Positions 62,923 through 64,000 of a stretch of DNA of 64,000 bases are shown here, in pieces. How positions within the stretch are numbered: position 1 is the stretch's first letter; each line of letters starts with the position of its first letter. The notes under the pieces were generated by a model that was not told where the DNA came from, made no database searches, and saw nothing but the letters and a program-made list of their open reading frames with translations. The position numbers were made by a program, and so were the translations under genes. The DNA is from Fidelibacterota bacterium (GTDB lineage Bacteria; Fidelibacterota; Marinisomatia; Marinisomatales; Marinisomataceae), in assembly GCA_019650355.1 (NCBI GenBank), contig BOWX01000001.1:10514-74513 (forward strand). Direction: 5' to 3'.

Positions 62923-63687
62923 ATGAAAAAAATTATTTCCATAATAAATCAAAAAGGGGGAGTAGGCAAAACTACTACTGCAATTAATTTAGCTGCTAGC
63001 TTAGGTATCTTAGAAAAGAAAACTTTGTTAATTGATTTTGATCCTCAAGCCAATGCTACGACAGGATTAAATGATTTTGATATTAATAATGAATTTTCAA
63101 TCTATGATGCAATTACAGGAAATGAAAAAATAGTAGACATTATTTCAAACACATCTATTGAATATATGGATTTTATAAAATCAGACACCAATTTAGTTGG
63201 CTGTGAAGTAGAGCTGGTTTCATTGCCAAATAGAGAAAAGCAGTTATTAAAGTTGATAAATAAGGTGAAAAAAAATTATGACTATATCCTAATTGACTGT
63301 CCTCCCTCCTTAGGTCTTTTAACATTAAATGCTTTAACTGCTTCAACAGATGTTTTAATTCCTATTCAAAGCGAATTTTTTGCACTTGAAGGTTTAAGAA
63401 GTCTACAGGAAACAATTAAAATTGTTAAAGAGAATATAAATGATAAGCTGAATATTCTTGGATTGCTGATTACAATGCATACAAAGAGACTGAGACTTTC
63501 TAAAAAAGTTGAGAGTTTGTTAAAAACAAATTTTAAAAATAAATTATTTAAAACTAAAATTAGTCGAAATGTAAGATTAGCTGAAGCACCAGATGATGGA
63601 AAACCTGCAATTATGTATGATGTAAATTGTTCGGGTGCAAAAGATTATATGGACTTAGCATTGGAGATAATAAATGAAAAAAAATAA
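62923..63687 (+). CDS. parA: chromosome partitioning ATPase ParA/Soj
   Basis: IINQKGGVGKTTTAINLA (deviant Walker A), DCPPSLG, and position upstream of parB. I prefer the ATG at 62923 to the listed TTG at 62884. Confidence 0.9.
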   Translation: MKKIISIINQKGGVGKTTTAINLAASLGILEKKTLLIDFDPQANATTGLNDFDINNEFSIYDAITGNEKIVDIISNTSIEYMDFIKSDTNLVGCEVELVSLPNREKQLLKLINKVKKNYDYILIDCPPSLGLLTLNALTASTDVLIPIQSEFFALEGLRSLQETIKIVKENINDKLNILGLLITMHTKRLRLSKKVESLLKTNFKNKLFKTKISRNVRLAEAPDDGKPAIMYDVNCSGAKDYMDLALEIINEKK

Positions 63688-64000
63688 ACAGCTCGGTCAA
63701 GGTTTAGGAGCTCTTTTAACTCCTTCAAAAAACAATCTAGAAGATTTTAATCAAAGCAGTATTCTTTTAAGCAAAATTAAACCCAATCCTAATCAGCCTA
63801 GAAAAAATTTTGCAGACAAATCTCTTAAACAACTAGCTCAATCCATAGATGAAAAAGGTTTAATTAGTCCAATTACTGTCAAAAAAGTCGACAACAAATA
63901 TATTATTGTAGCTGGTGAGAGAAGATATAGAGCCCACAAACTATTAAACAAAAAAAGAATTTTAGCTTACGTTATTGATGCAGATACAACAAAAGATGTA
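63674..64000 (+). CDS. parB: chromosome partitioning protein ParB/Spo0J; 3' end outside the window
   Basis: Not in the ORF track because it runs off the window. The ATG at 63674 overlaps the parA end. Text reads LGQGLGALL...IKPNPNQPRKNF...LAQSIDEKGLISPITV...YIIVAGERRYRA (ParB box). Confidence 0.85.
   Translation, partial: MKKNKQLGQGLGALLTPSKNNLEDFNQSSILLSKIKPNPNQPRKNFADKSLKQLAQSIDEKGLISPITVKKVDNKYIIVAGERRYRAHKLLNKKRILAYVIDADTTKDV

Noticed and set aside
62923-64000. parA-parB as evidence for a plasmid or for the replication origin being in the window.
   Set aside because: No dnaA, DnaA-box cluster, rep gene or gidAB was seen. The surrounding content is chromosomal housekeeping. parAB alone does not locate oriC.

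Overview
AT-rich, very gene-dense chromosomal segment from a diderm bacterium. Lpt/Kds/LpxH LPS genes, TolC, an Omp85-type barrel and a TonB-dependent receptor are all present. The gene content (CarboxypepD_reg-type TonB receptor, DUF2723, DUF4139, DUF4835-like, SDR-type Tdh next to Kbl, sigma-54) suggests a streamlined FCB-group-like lineage, but this is inference only. I call about 64 protein genes, mostly housekeeping: metG, valS, recG, pyrG, tgt, rpoN, argF, secDF, parAB, rpsU, kdsABC, lptCB, holB and others. Many are joined by 1-, 4- or 8-nt start/stop overlaps. There are two tRNAs, Asn-GTT on the + strand and Arg-TCT on the - strand. I saw no rRNA, CRISPR array, transposase or integrase. 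Caveat for anyone using the ORF track: 12 otherwise conserved genes are split by about 17 single-nt frameshifts, mostly inside homopolymer runs, and several of these genes are essential. I read these as indel errors in the sequence, not decay, and give merged coordinates. Most unusual observations: (1) a triplicated, hairpin-forming leader with compensatory base changes between a strong promoter and the TonB-dependent receptor start codon (47100-47300); (2) a degenerate copy of the 3' 50 nt of tRNA-Arg lying 436 bp from the intact gene, next to three orphan secreted/membrane mini-proteins, which looks like a relic integration scar; (3) a strongly signalled 75-aa protein that is a tandem duplication of a ~35-aa module; (4) a TonB receptor / PiT-like permease / beta-propeller-phytase-like neighbourhood. 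I did not recognise any defence or toxin system.
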